From the NCBI GenBank assembly GCA_041666185.1, contig JBAYHL010000003.1:935-64934 (forward strand): a stretch of 64,000 nucleotides of DNA, given 5' to 3'. This DNA comes from Patescibacteria group bacterium (GTDB taxonomy: Bacteria > Patescibacteriota > UBA1384 > UBA12157 > JAENIV01). A model generated the notes under the pieces. That model did no database searches. It saw nothing but the letters and a program-made list of their open reading frames with translations, and was not told where the DNA came from. Position numbers and translations under genes: made by a program. Positions 27,453 to 40,700 of this stretch are shown one piece after another (position 1 is the stretch's first letter; every line of letters starts with the position of its first letter).

Positions 27453-27926
27453 ATGTCAGAAATTATTAAAGAGACAACAACAACACAGGACAACACTAAC
27501 ACTGTTGCAACAAACCCTGCTAGTAGTGGGACGGCTGATAGCCAGTCAAGTCAAACAACAACGACTCAGCGAAACATTAATCCGGCGGTGGATAATCAGG
27601 GTAATAGGCAAGCAAGTGGTTCTCAGACGGCTACGTATTTCGTCTATTTCTTGTTCGGAGTGCTGGAAATACTATTAGCTTTCCGTTTTGTTTTGAAGCT
27701 TGCGGGAGCAAGTCATACAAGTGGTTTTGTCAATTTCATTTATGGTTTAAGTGGAGTTTTTGTGGCGCCTTTTAATGGAATATTTCATACGAGTTTAGCC
27801 CAAGGAGCCGAAACAACCTCAATTTTTGAGCCATCAGCATTAGTTGCGCTGATTGTTTACGCTTTGGTGGCTTGGGGGATTGTTAAACTTATACAAATAT
27901 CCTCTGGTAAACAGCAAGCCGAATAG
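27453..27926 (+). CDS. YggT-like membrane protein with a T/Q-rich N-terminal tail
   Basis: GVLEILLAFRFVLKLAGA..FVNFIYGLSGVFVAPFNGIF; GGAGGTG RBS. Confidence 0.75.
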   Translation: MSEIIKETTTTQDNTNTVATNPASSGTADSQSSQTTTTQRNINPAVDNQGNRQASGSQTATYFVYFLFGVLEILLAFRFVLKLAGASHTSGFVNFIYGLSGVFVAPFNGIFHTSLAQGAETTSIFEPSALVALIVYALVAWGIVKLIQISSGKQQAE

Positions 27927-27940
27927 TTTAAAATAAAAAT

Positions 27941-28306
27941 ATGAAGAATATTTTAATTATTGAAGACGATGAATTATTGAGCAAAATTTTGTTTGATTCT
28001 TTTGCAAAGGCTGGTTTTAATACAACTAAAACAGTTGACGCTCTACAGGGTCAGCAAGCAGTTTTTTCTCTTAAGCCAGATGTGGTAATTTTAGATTTAA
28101 TGTTACCAGCGGGCAACGGGGTTGTGCTTTTAAGAAATTTACGTGCTTCGGCTCAGACTCAGGCAATTCCAATTATTGTTATGACTTCTTATCGCGATGA
28201 GGAAGTTCGTAAAGAAATGGAAGAAGTTGGTGTTCATGGTTATTTTCATAAACCATTTGAACCTGATGAAATGATTCAAAAAATTAATAGTATTCTAAAT
28301 TCATAA
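27941..28306 (+). CDS. Single-domain response regulator
   Basis: ILIIEDD, DVVILDLMLPAGNG and YFHKPF motifs. Confidence 0.92.
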   Translation: MKNILIIEDDELLSKILFDSFAKAGFNTTKTVDALQGQQAVFSLKPDVVILDLMLPAGNGVVLLRNLRASAQTQAIPIIVMTSYRDEEVRKEMEEVGVHGYFHKPFEPDEMIQKINSILNS

Positions 28307-28666
28307 ATGGCTGATTTACAAAAATATGAGGAAACTTTTTTAAGGCAAACGAGAGATATTGCCGGTAAGCTTCAAGAAGTTTTGAAAATTTTAATTTCTG
28401 ATTTAAAAAACGAAGTAGCTTTAAGAGAAGGTGAGCGTTTAGCCCATGTTCTTAAGGGTAGTGCAGCTTTAATGAGGTGCGAAAATTTATCTAAATTAGC
28501 AGAAAAAATAGAAGAGTTTTTCCGTAAATCTCTAGAAAATACTTTAGAAATTAATCAAGATATTTTAAAAGAAATAGAGAATTTTTGTTTAGTGCTTTTA
28601 CGAACATCAAATTTTGAAGAGTTACAGAGTGTAAATTTCAAAATTAAAGACTTAAATACCATTTAA
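28307..28666 (+). CDS. Hpt (histidine phosphotransfer) domain protein
   Basis: RLAHVLKGSAALM..LSKLAEKIE motif. Confidence 0.85.
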   Translation: MADLQKYEETFLRQTRDIAGKLQEVLKILISDLKNEVALREGERLAHVLKGSAALMRCENLSKLAEKIEEFFRKSLENTLEINQDILKEIENFCLVLLRTSNFEELQSVNFKIKDLNTI

Positions 28667-28774
28667 TATTTTTTCTTTGGATTTTTAAGTTTTTATAATA
28701 TATAATATAGTAGGAATTTATTTTTCTAAAAAGAGTGGGAAACTCTTAGGTTTTGTGTAGCAGGAGGGGTTTTA

Positions 28775-31700
28775 ATGAACCAAGATGAGGTAAATGAAGC
28801 GAAGTCTTTAGATGCCGAAATTTCTAAAATTACAAAAAGCACTCGAGCGACCGTGCCGGCAATGACGCCGTTGCACGATATTTTGCGTCAAAAATATCCT
28901 TGGTATTACAGGTGGCACTTAAATCCTTTGAGTAAAGTTGTCCATACCTTAGTTTTGGGTTTGTGGATAGTTTTAGTTACGGGAACAGTTGTCTATAGTA
29001 ATGTTTATCAGGCGCCAACGGCTAAAGCCGCCGCTGATTTTACTTGTACTTGGGACGGAACAACTGGTAACTGGTCGGATACGGCTAAGTGGGGTGGTTG
29101 TAACAGTGAATATCCAGGGCAAACTGGGACTACTACTTACGATGTTTCGATCCCTTCAGGGTCAGTGACTTTGGATGTTGCTAGCGTCGATATCACCGCT
29201 GCCGGAACAACTGCAGGGGATATTTCTGTGGTTGGAACTTTAAATACAAATGGCAATGCTCTTACCTTACATTCAATGTTGGTTGATACTGGAGGAACTC
29301 TTGTAGCTGGGATTTCTACTTTTACTGTAAAAAGTAACTGGAATCATTCCGCGGGAACATTTATTCACAATACTTCTACCATTGCAATGACAGGAGCTAC
29401 AGGTTCGATCACCACAGGTACAGATTTAAAATATGTATATAACTTAACAACAACTACTGCTGGCCAAACCATTACTTTTGCCAATAGAACTGGCATCAAA
29501 GGAGTGCTAACAGTAGGTAATGCCTCTAGTGCGGTTACATTAAATGGTAATCAACTTATAGATTTGTACGACAATACTACACCGCTTTCTTTGACTGGAT
29601 TGTATAGCATAACATCAGTACAAATGACCTTCAGGGCAACATCTCCTTTGTCTATACCGGCTGCAACCTATGGAGTAGTTTATATATTTCTTAATGCCAC
29701 CAATACCATATCTTTAAGTGGAACAACTACTTTTAGTGCACTTGATATTTACTCTGCTGTGGACAGCGCTACGTCTACACTTGACACTGCCGGCTACACT
29801 GTAAATACTGTCAATCTTTCGATAGGATCAGCTAGTGGAACTAGTCATTGTGGCAAATTTATTGCCAATAACTCAACAGTAAATGTTAGTGGAAATGTTC
29901 TTATTCGCGCTTGTGGTGCAGGGACTGCTGAACTTGATGCTGGAAGTTCTACTATTAATGTTGGTGGAGATTACACTAATAATAGTACTTTCACTGCCAG
30001 TACCTCGACCATTAATTTTAATAAAACTTCCGGTACACAAACTCTTACTTCAGGTGGTACGGGAACAGGAAAATTATTTAATAATCTTACTCATTCTGGT
30101 GCGGGAATTTTGAGGTTAGCCACCAACGATATTGATGTGAATGGCACTTTCACTAATTCTGCCGGAACTTTTGATGCTGATACAAACGATAAAAGTATGA
30201 ATTTTGCTGGAGCTTGGAACAATACTGGGTCGGCGACATTTTCAAGAGGATCTGGGATGTTATATTTTGATGGAGCAACAACATTGACTGACTCTTCTTC
30301 CAACGCCGGCGATTTGGGGGTGGTATATATAACCCCTACATGTGTCTTAACTCTTGGGTCGAATGCCAAAATGACCTCTGTTACTAGTGTGGTTTTCTTA
30401 GGAAATCTCAACATGGGAAGTGGAAATACTTTGACGCTTACTGGCACTGGAACGCCCATGTCGTGGTTTGATACAACAACCTTTCAAAAAGGTACCAATT
30501 CGACTGTAACTTATACTGGCACAACCACGGCGACAAATGTTGCAACAGTTGCCTACAACAATCTAACCTTAACTCCAACAGCCGCTACTACTTACAGCTT
30601 AGCCGGTAATTTAACTGGTGCTAGTGCGATGAGTGGGAATTTGACTATTAATGCAAACGCTACTTTAAATACAACAACCTCAAATTACGGAATATCTACA
30701 ATAAATTTAACTATTAATGGAACTCTTTCCGCCAATGCTTCAGCAATTACTTTATCGGGTTCATGGAATAGCACTACTGGCCATTATAATAGGACAAGCG
30801 GCTCAAGCGGCTCTCATGTTACAATGACTGGCACAACAGGGACAGCCTCTATTAATTTTAATCCGGCTGATTTTTGGACCAGCACAACATCTTTTAACTA
30901 TCTAGAAATTAATGCGCCGGGTAACACAGTTACTTTGTCGAGTGACATTACTTTTTGGTATGATTGTCAATTAAATCTTCAAAGTGGCACAATAAATGGT
31001 AGCCGGTATATTACTTTTGCTTATCCTAATAACTCGTCTCCATATATTAATACTGCTGCCTCTTTTGGTGCTTCTTTGCCGACAGTCAGCTATATTATTG
31101 GCACTTCAAATCCTGCCTCTCCTACAATTGTATCGAGCGAAATTTATCCCAATTTAACTATCACTACTGGTAGCGCATGTCCAGCCGGCACCGAATGTTA
31201 TGCTAAATTATCCAGCGGTATTTCTGCTAACAACCTTATAGTCTCTGGTCAGACTGGTAAAAAAGCAACTTTAAATGCCGACATTCACGATATATCTGTA
31301 GGTAATGCTTTAATTATGGGAACAGCAGGTGGTTATTATGGCGAATTGGATATAAATAGCTCTTTAACTGTTAACAATTATGTCAGCATAGTTAATTCTG
31401 GTGTCGCCTTTTCAAACAAGCTCGTTGCTGGCACAGGCACATCTATCTCTGTCGCTAATGATTTCATGAACTATGACACCTTTGAGGCCGGCACTTCGAC
31501 AATCACCTTTAACGGATCAACAACAAATAGAGGCATTACGACTAATGGGGATGCTTTTTATAATTTAACCATTGACGGAGCTGGTGGTGGTTGGATAGCC
31601 CAAAGTGCAGTTAATGTAACCCATGACTTTAATATTACTAATGGTACATTTGATCTTAAGAGCGGCAGTAATTATGCCTTAAATGTTGGTAACGATTTTA

Positions 31701-34700
31701 TTGGTAACAATGGCACTTGGACATTTGAAATGAGGGCTTCAACCATTACAGTTTCCGGTAACTGGAATACTTCAGCTAAAGCATGGGATAGCACAAACAA
31801 CAATGCTCTTAAAACAGGGACTTCAACTGTTGTAATGAATGGAACAGGTACTAAAACAATTACAACTGGTGTCACAAATGCCTGGGAATCAAGATTTTAT
31901 AATTTAACTGTTGGCCAAAGTGGTAACACCACCAGCCTTGCACAAGCAGTTGGGACTGATGGGGTTCTGACAGTCGGGACAGGGACTTTTTCAATTGCGA
32001 CTGATAAAACCATTTATCTCAAAAAACCAACTGGCGATGTTTTATCACTTGATCCGGCTGCGGTTTTAGTAGGAGTAGGTACTGGCCATCTCAGTCTTCA
32101 CAGTAATGGTACGAGCGGTACTTTAAATCTGCCAGCACACACTTATGATATGTCAATATGGCTAAGTGGTGGTGGTTTTACTGTGGCTCAAACTGGTGAC
32201 GTAATTATAAATGGTAATTTAATGGTAAATGGAGATCAGCAAGCTAGCAGAGTTGCTAATTACAACACAGGCAATCATTCTTTAACCATTTCTGGCAATC
32301 TTCAAGTTGGTTACAATACTACTACTTACGATGCTAATAAGACTTTCACTGCTGGTAGTTCGACTGTTACGGTTGGTGGCAATATGACTCAATATGGTAT
32401 TCTAACCGCCGGTAGTTCTACCTTTGATTTTAATTCTGCAAGTAGCCGAACCTTAGACTCTGGTGGCACAGGTGCCAATCAAACATTTAATAATCTTACT
32501 CACTCAGGTAATAATACTTTGCAGCTTGTGACCAACTCTATTAATATTAATGGTAATCTTACTAATTCTGCCGGCGAATTTGATGCTAATGGGCTAAATG
32601 TTGATGTTGCTGGTAATTGGGATGTTGCCGGTGGAGGTTTTTATGCCGGGGCGACTCCTGGAACGCAAACAGTCACTTTGGATGGCGCAGGAGGATCCAC
32701 TCAAGCAATTTCTGGTTCAACAACTTTTAATAATTTAACGGCGACAACTGCAACTGCTAGAACTCTACAATTTGCTGCGGCATCGACTACGGTTGTAGAA
32801 GGTGTTTTGACAATGGACGGTGCGGCAGGACAACTGCTTTCCTTACGTTCGTCTTCTTCTGGTTCTTGGTGGTATTTTGGTACTCTTAATCCAGCCGAAA
32901 CCTCTTACCTAGATATTCAGGATTCAGACGCTTCTTTGGGTGCCACCAATACGGCTAACACTTCTAATGATTCTGGTAATAATCAAAATTGGGTTTTTGG
33001 TGGGGGAGTTACTTATATTTCCGGAACGGTCTATACTAATGAAAACAAATCCACCAACGTTGGTGCGGGAATAACGGTGGCTATTTCAGTTAATGGTGGA
33101 GCAAAGAATACAATAACAACGACTGCCGGCGGGGTATTTAGCTTTAATTCTGTGGGAGTAGCCGCTAACAACACTCTTACTATTTTTACTGATGATGTTA
33201 CCTATAAATCAAATCTTGTTACCCAAGTTTTAAATACGGTAGATGACATTACGGGCTTGGAAATGTACACCGGAGATATTTCGCTTCGTCATGAAACTGC
33301 GGGACCCTTAACTAACACATTACTTGCAACAGCTGATAATCTAGCTGACCCTAATATGTTTTTCTCGGTTGATGGTTCTAATAACGCAACTTTTTCCAAA
33401 AAACTCTGGGTAGAAAGTGGTTACAACTATACACCAGGAGGTAACGTTACGGTTAACGATAGTACGGAAATTAGAAGTCTTGCTACTTTAAACCTGGGTT
33501 CTTCTGGTTATATTTTAACCTTGGGTGGTACATCAGCTACACCATTAGTGGTTTCTGGGACGCTTTCAACTGGCAGTAGTTCAACTGTTAAATACACAGC
33601 TGTTAATGCTGGGAGCAATGTCAGTGTTGTCGCTACTCCTTACAACAATCTTCAATTTTCACCTGCCTCGGCTGAAAGCTATGATTTAGCTGGTAACCTT
33701 ACTGTTGCTAATGCCATGACGGGCAGTTTAACAGTTGATGCTAATGCAACGCTTAATACCTACGTTGGAACTACAAGTTACAACATTTCTTGTGTAAATG
33801 GAACTGTTAATGCTAGTGGAACTCTTTATGCTGGCGCAAATGGCAGCACTGGCACGTCAACTTTTACGGCTTCTGGTAACTGGGACACCTCCAATGGTAC
33901 ATTTACTTACGGGACTTCAACAGTTGTTCTTACGGGTACAGCAAATTTAGGTGCTGGATCGTCTGCTTCTCATTCACTGTACAATTTGACAATGACTACT
34001 CCCGGTCAAATTGTAACTTTGTCTAGCATTGCTACAAAAGTTTACGGTACTTTTACAGTTGGTAGTACCTCGGGTGCTAAAGTTACTCTACAGAGAGGTG
34101 GTGGGAATGCATGGTTTTATTTGTACAACAATACTACCCCGTTAGTTTTCAACGGAACTTACAATGGGAGCCCTGGGTATAATATTGATGATTTAAATAC
34201 AGTATATAATCCTACATTAGACACATCTTTTGTTGGTGGTCATTTTGGGAATTTATATTTTACTTGTAACAACAAGACTATCACACTTGCTAATGCTGTT
34301 ACCGCAACTGGTAATCTTTTTATTTATAGCTCCAATAGCACTTATCGCTCAACCGTTGATACGGCAAGTAATGCAGTTACTGCTGGGACTTTAAATCTTG
34401 GCCAGGCTAGCTATACGTCAAATTACGCTACTTTATTAGCCAATGCTTCAACTATTACGGCGGCGAATGTTGTTATAAGAACCGGAGCTTTGGCAAACAA
34501 TATTTTAAACGCTGGTTCGGCAACTATTAATGTTTCTACCAACTGGACAAATGCTGACACATTTACAGCCGGAACTTCAACAGTTAATTTCAATGGTACG
34601 ACAACCCAAACTATTACCGGTGCTAATACTTGGTATAATTTGACGATCGCCAATACCGCTGGTACACCAAGTGATACTTACGATGTTGACCCAACTGCTG

Positions 34701-37700
34701 CTCAAACTGTGACTAATACTTTTAATATTAACGATGGCCAATGGAGCGGTTTTAATGGCGACACCTATAACAATATTAATATTAATTATACTAACGGCAC
34801 TGTTAATGGCATTTTTAAACCAGACGCAGGTGCTAATATTAATATTTCTAGCAACTGGACACAAGCGCTTAATTCCGTTTTTACTTATGGTACGAGTACA
34901 ATTACTTTTACTGGTAGCGGCAAAACTATTGGTGGAACAGCAAGCTACAGTATTTTTTATAATATAACAATAAATCCAGGTGCGTCAGTTACCAATAATC
35001 TTCCTTATGTGTATAACTTTGGTCCTAATTTTACGGCTAATGGTACCTTTACAGTTGGGGATGGTAAATATGTAGGTCTTTATTATGTTGGTGGGTCAAC
35101 GGTTTCTATCGGTGATGGTGGTTTAATTCAAGGAATTGATGTTGCCGATTCCATTTTTAACGTAGAAGATCTTGCGCCAACGGTTAATTTAACTGGTACA
35201 GGAAATTTTGGTTCTAATCTTTATTTAAGGTTTATGTTTGTCGATAGTAATGGCACACTGCCTTCTCTCAATTATAAAGCAGGAAAAGTAGAAGCTTATG
35301 GTTTATATTTTACAAGTGGTACTTATACTATCACACCAACAGCCGGGACATTAGATATTGATGGTGATTTTTCTATCATGGGCGAAGAGTACGATCAAAT
35401 GACTTCTACTATCGACTTTAATAATTCCAACAATACGACGATTAATATTGGTGGAAGTTTTTCTAGGACAGATGCCTTTGGCGTTCCTGAAATTAAATAT
35501 ACCAAGGGTACGACTGATACAGTCACTTTTGATGCCGCTGCAGGTACAAAAACTTTTGATCCAGGCACAACATCCGTTTTCAATAATCTTACTCACTCTG
35601 GTGCGGGAACTTTACAACTTGCTAATACTGCCTTAAATATTGATGGCAACTTTTCTAACTCAGAATCTGCGGGAGAATTTGATGCCAATGGTTTAAATAT
35701 TAATGCCGCTGGCAATTGGGACGTTGCCGGTGGAGGTTTTTATGCCGGGGCGACTCCTGGAACGCAAACAGTCACTTTAGATGGTGCAGGAGGATCCACT
35801 CAAGCAATTTCTGGTTCAACAACTTTTAATAATTTAACAGCAACAGCTGCTACTGCCCGGACTTTACAGTTTGAAGGTGGTCAATTAAATATGGTTTCTG
35901 GTACTTTAACCATGAATGGCGCGGCAGGACAACTGCTTTCTTTGCGCTCATCTTCTCCTGGTACTACTTGGTATTTTGCCACTTCCGGCACGCCAACAAC
36001 TTCTTATCTAGATGTTAAGGACTCCGATGCTACTTTGGGAGCAACAATTAGCGCTAGCAATTCATTAAATTCTGGTAATAATTACAACTGGAGTTTTGGT
36101 GGCGGTGTAAATTATATGTCTGGTACGGTCTATACCAATGAAAACAAATCCACCAACGTTGGTGTTGGTGTTACGGTGGCAGTTTCAGTTAACGGTACGG
36201 CTAAACAGACAACGACAACCACGGCTGGCGGAGTATTTAGTTTTAACTCTGTTGGGGTTGCCGCTAACGAAACTTTAACCTTTTTCACTGACGATGTAAC
36301 TTACAAATCAAACCTTGTTACACAAGTTTTAAATACGGTAGATGACATCACGGGATTGGAAATGTACACCGGAGATATTTCACTTCGTCACGAAACCGCC
36401 GGGCCAATAACCAACACCTTGCTTGCAACAGCTGATAATCTGGCTGACCCTAATATGTTTTTCTCGGTTGATGGTTCTAATAACGCAACTTTCTCAAAGA
36501 AACTTTGGCTAGAATCAGGTTACACTTACACGCCAGGAGGAAATGCTACGGTTAATGACAATACTGAAGTTAGATCAACTGCTACCTTAAATCTAGGTTC
36601 GTCTGGTTACATCTTAACTTTAGGTGGTACATCAGCCACACCATTAGTGGTTTCTGGGACGCTTTCAACTGGCAGTAGTTCAACTGTTAAATACACAGCT
36701 GTCAATGCCGGCGGCAATGTTAATGTGACAACTGTACCTTACAACAACCTCCAATTCACACCGGCGTCAGCTGAAAGCTACGATTTAACCGGTAATCTTA
36801 CTGTTGCTAATGCTATGACAGGGAGTCTTACAATTGATACTAACGCAACCTTTAGCACAACAGCTTCTAACTACAATGTCGCTGGGATTAATGCGACGAT
36901 CGTGGGTACTTTAACGCCAAATGCTTCAACTATTACTCTTTCCGGTAACTGGGATTCGTCGACAGGGACTGTTAATATGACTGGGAATACTTCGACCGTT
37001 GAAATTACCGGTAATAGCTCAATTAATGGTAAAAGCTGGGTTAATACTTTTTATAATCTAAAAACAGCTTATACCGACAAAAATGTTAGCTGGACAAATA
37101 ATAGTGCCATAATTAATCAGCTTACGTTGATGGGGACCAATCCAAGTACCTCTCATATTACTGGAGTTGCTAGTCAATATGGTCCTAATTTGAATGTTAG
37201 CGGGTCTAATTTAGTTGTTTCTAACGGTGCCAATATGGTGAACTTGACAATTCTTTATACTGGTTCGGGAGCAACGACTATTACTCCCGGTACTTTTTAC
37301 TCTATTTTGGCGGTTGCTCCATCTTCATCAACTCAGACTTTAGGTGGCGATGTTACCTGTGATTATGTTAGAGTTTTTGGTTCTTCTGGGCAAACAGCCA
37401 CATTGGATTTGAATGGTTACACCTTAAATTCTGTTTCAAGCACTGGTTTTAACCAAATTGGTTGGGATGGTGACAACACGCGTTATGGCAAAATTATCAA
37501 TAGCTCTCAGACAACTGACGCGACAATTAATGCTAATGGCGGTGGTAGTGGTGGTATAAAAATTAGTACCTCCAATACAGGTGGTAAAAATATTCTTGAT
37601 GCCAGCGGCGTTGGTCCTGCTAATCATACGATTAATGTTAATATGGCTGGTAACTGGACGAATAACGATCAATTTATATACAGTAATTCAACAGTTAAAT

Positions 37701-40700
37701 TTACCGGTACGGGAGCGATCGACAATACTGCTAGTTGGGGTGATAACAATAAGCGTATGCACAGCCTAATCATTGAAGCCGGTGCTGGTACGGTGACTCT
37801 AACAAACGGAGCCTATTTAATGGGCACAGGAACTTTAACTTTAAATAGCGGCATTCTTACTGGTAATAAAAATATCTATGTAAATGCATTTAATGGGTCG
37901 TATGTTAATAACGGTATTAGTAATTTTGGCGCCTCAAAACCAGTTATTACCATGATGGTTAGTTCGACTAACCCAGCTTCGCCAGATATTATCTCTGGGG
38001 CTTCAGCAACCTATCCTTATCCTTATCTAGAAACCCGTGGCGGAATTAGCAGCGCGACTGTTTATGGCAAAATGGGTGGCAATATCACCAGCTCTAGTTT
38101 TACTATTGCCCCTTGGCAAACTAACGATACCTTAGAAGTTGACACCGACAATTATTCTATTACTGTTAACGGTTGGATGTTTGTTGGCGCTAACTGGGCA
38201 ACTTCCCATGCCTCAATTTTGAATGCTCGTCACTCAACAATCACTGTTACTGGTGAAGTTGGTATATATTCTCACGATACTAATCCTACTCCAAGCGAGC
38301 TTCGTTTTGATGACACTGGTGGTAGCCTTTCGGTGATGGGCAATTTTAACTTTGATACTGCAGGTGGCTCAGTAAGAGGCATTTTCACACCAGGTCACTC
38401 AACAGTTACCTTTAATGGAGCCAATACCCAAGCCATTATCGGTGCCAACACTTGGTATAACTTAACGATTGCCAATACTGCTGGTTCACCAAGCGACACT
38501 TACGACGTTGATCCAACGGCGGCTCAAACAGTTACTAACACTTTCAATATTAACGACGGTCAATATAGCGCTTTTAATGGTGACAGTTACAATGACATTA
38601 ATATTAATTATACCAGTAGTACTGTTAAGGGTATATTTAAACCAGATGCGGCAGCAAGTGTTACTGTTTCTGGCAACTGGTCTCTAGCAACTAGCGCTAC
38701 CTTTACTTATGGTACAAGTACAATCATCTTTACTGGTAGTGGTAAAACTATTGGGGGGACGTCGCTTAGTTGGTCTCTTTATAGTCTCGTAATTAATCCA
38801 GGCGCTTCTATTACAAGCAATACAGCTTATATATATGTTTATGGCACTACTTTTACAGTTAATGGTACATTTAGTGTAAATAATATAAGTGTTTATGCTC
38901 CTACTGTTACGGTCAACAGTACCCTGACTGTTGGTGATGCTAAGATGTTGTATTGGTCGAACTCTAACCAAACGCTTAACATTGGTGACGGTGGCTTGAT
39001 TCAAGGAGTCGATGTTGCAGATTCTGTGTTTAGAATAATTGGTGACGCAACACCAACTATCAATTTAACCGGAACGGGAAATTTTGGTTCCAGTCTTTAT
39101 TTACAGTTTATGATTTATTATGGTGATTTAGCGCTGCCTTCTTTAAATTATCAAGCTGGTAAGGTTGAAGTGTTTGGCTCTTTTGCATTTGAAAGTATTG
39201 TTCATAATATTGTACCAACAGCTGGAAATTTAGATATTGATTGGGACCTTAGTATCAAATGTGAATTGATATTTGGAACGGGCACTCCTACTATGAATCT
39301 TTATAACTCCAATAACACACCCATTAATATTGGTGGAAGTTTTACAAGGGCAGAGATTGGTGCTGTTGGTGCCATTGCTAAATACACTAAAGGCACAACT
39401 GACACGGTTACTTTTGATGCTGCTTCTGGGACAAAAACTTTTGATCCAGGGTCATTATCTACCTTCAATAATGTTACTCACTCTGGTGCAGGAACACTTC
39501 AGCTTGCTAATACTGCTCTAAATGCTGATGGTAACCTTACTAACTCTGCCGGAACTTTTGATGCTAACGGTTTAAATATTAATGTCGCTGGTAACTTTGA
39601 TATTTCTGGTGGGTCATTTTCTGCCGGAACTGTTCCTGGAACCCAAACAGTCACTTTAGATGGTGCGGGAGGATCTACTCAGGCAATCTCTGGCTCAACG
39701 ACCTTTAATAATTTGACGGCGTCAGCAACGGCGGCTAGAACTTTACAATTTGCGGCTTCGTCAACAACCGCTGTTTCTGGTACTCTAACAATGAATGGCG
39801 CGACTAGTCAACTGATAAGTTTACGCTCATCATCTTCTGGCACTGCTTGGAATCTTAACGCCACTAATGCGCCAACTCTTACCTATGTTGATGCCCAAGA
39901 TTCTAACGCTTCTGGTGGAGCGCTAATTACTGCTAATAACTCTAACGACTCTGGTAATAACACAAATTGGACTTTTGGCGGGGGAGTAACCTATATTTCC
40001 GGGACAGTCTATACAAATGAAAATAAATCCACCAATGTTGGTGCCGGTATCACTGTGGCGATCTCTGTTGATGGTGAGGCTAAACAAACAACCACGACGA
40101 CAACTGGTGGAGTCTTTGCCTTTAATTCTGTTGGTGTTGCCGCTAACAATACTTTAACTCTCTTTACAGATGATGTTACTTATAAAGGTAACTTAATTAC
40201 TCAAGTTTTAAATACCACCAACGACATTACTGGTTTAGAAATGTATACCGAAGATATTGTTATTCGTCATGAAACTGTAGGACCAATGACCAATACCTTA
40301 CTTGCAACAGCGGCTACCCTTGCCGATCCCAATATGTTTTTCTCGGTTAGTGGTGGCAACGCGACATTTACGAAAAAACTTTGGTTGGAAAGTGGCTTTA
40401 ATTACACATCGGGAGGGCAGGCATCAGTCACCGACTTAGAGACAAGAGGTACTTCGACTTTTGCTCCGCAAGCTAATAGTGTTTTTGCGTCTGGTAACTG
40501 GACAATCTCGGCGACTGGAATTTTGACAACTTCAGGAACAATTGATTTTACTAAATTATCTGGGACACAAACATTAAACTCTGGTGGTACTGATTCAAAT
40601 CATCAGCTTTATGGTCTTACTCACTCTGGTGCTGGTACTTTACAATTGACTTCCAATGCCATTGTTGAGAATAATACCTTTACTAACTCTGATGGCACTT

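Noticed and set aside
26626-28666. Genomic island integrated at tRNA-Asn
   Set aside because: No integrase and no duplicated tRNA 3' end were found.
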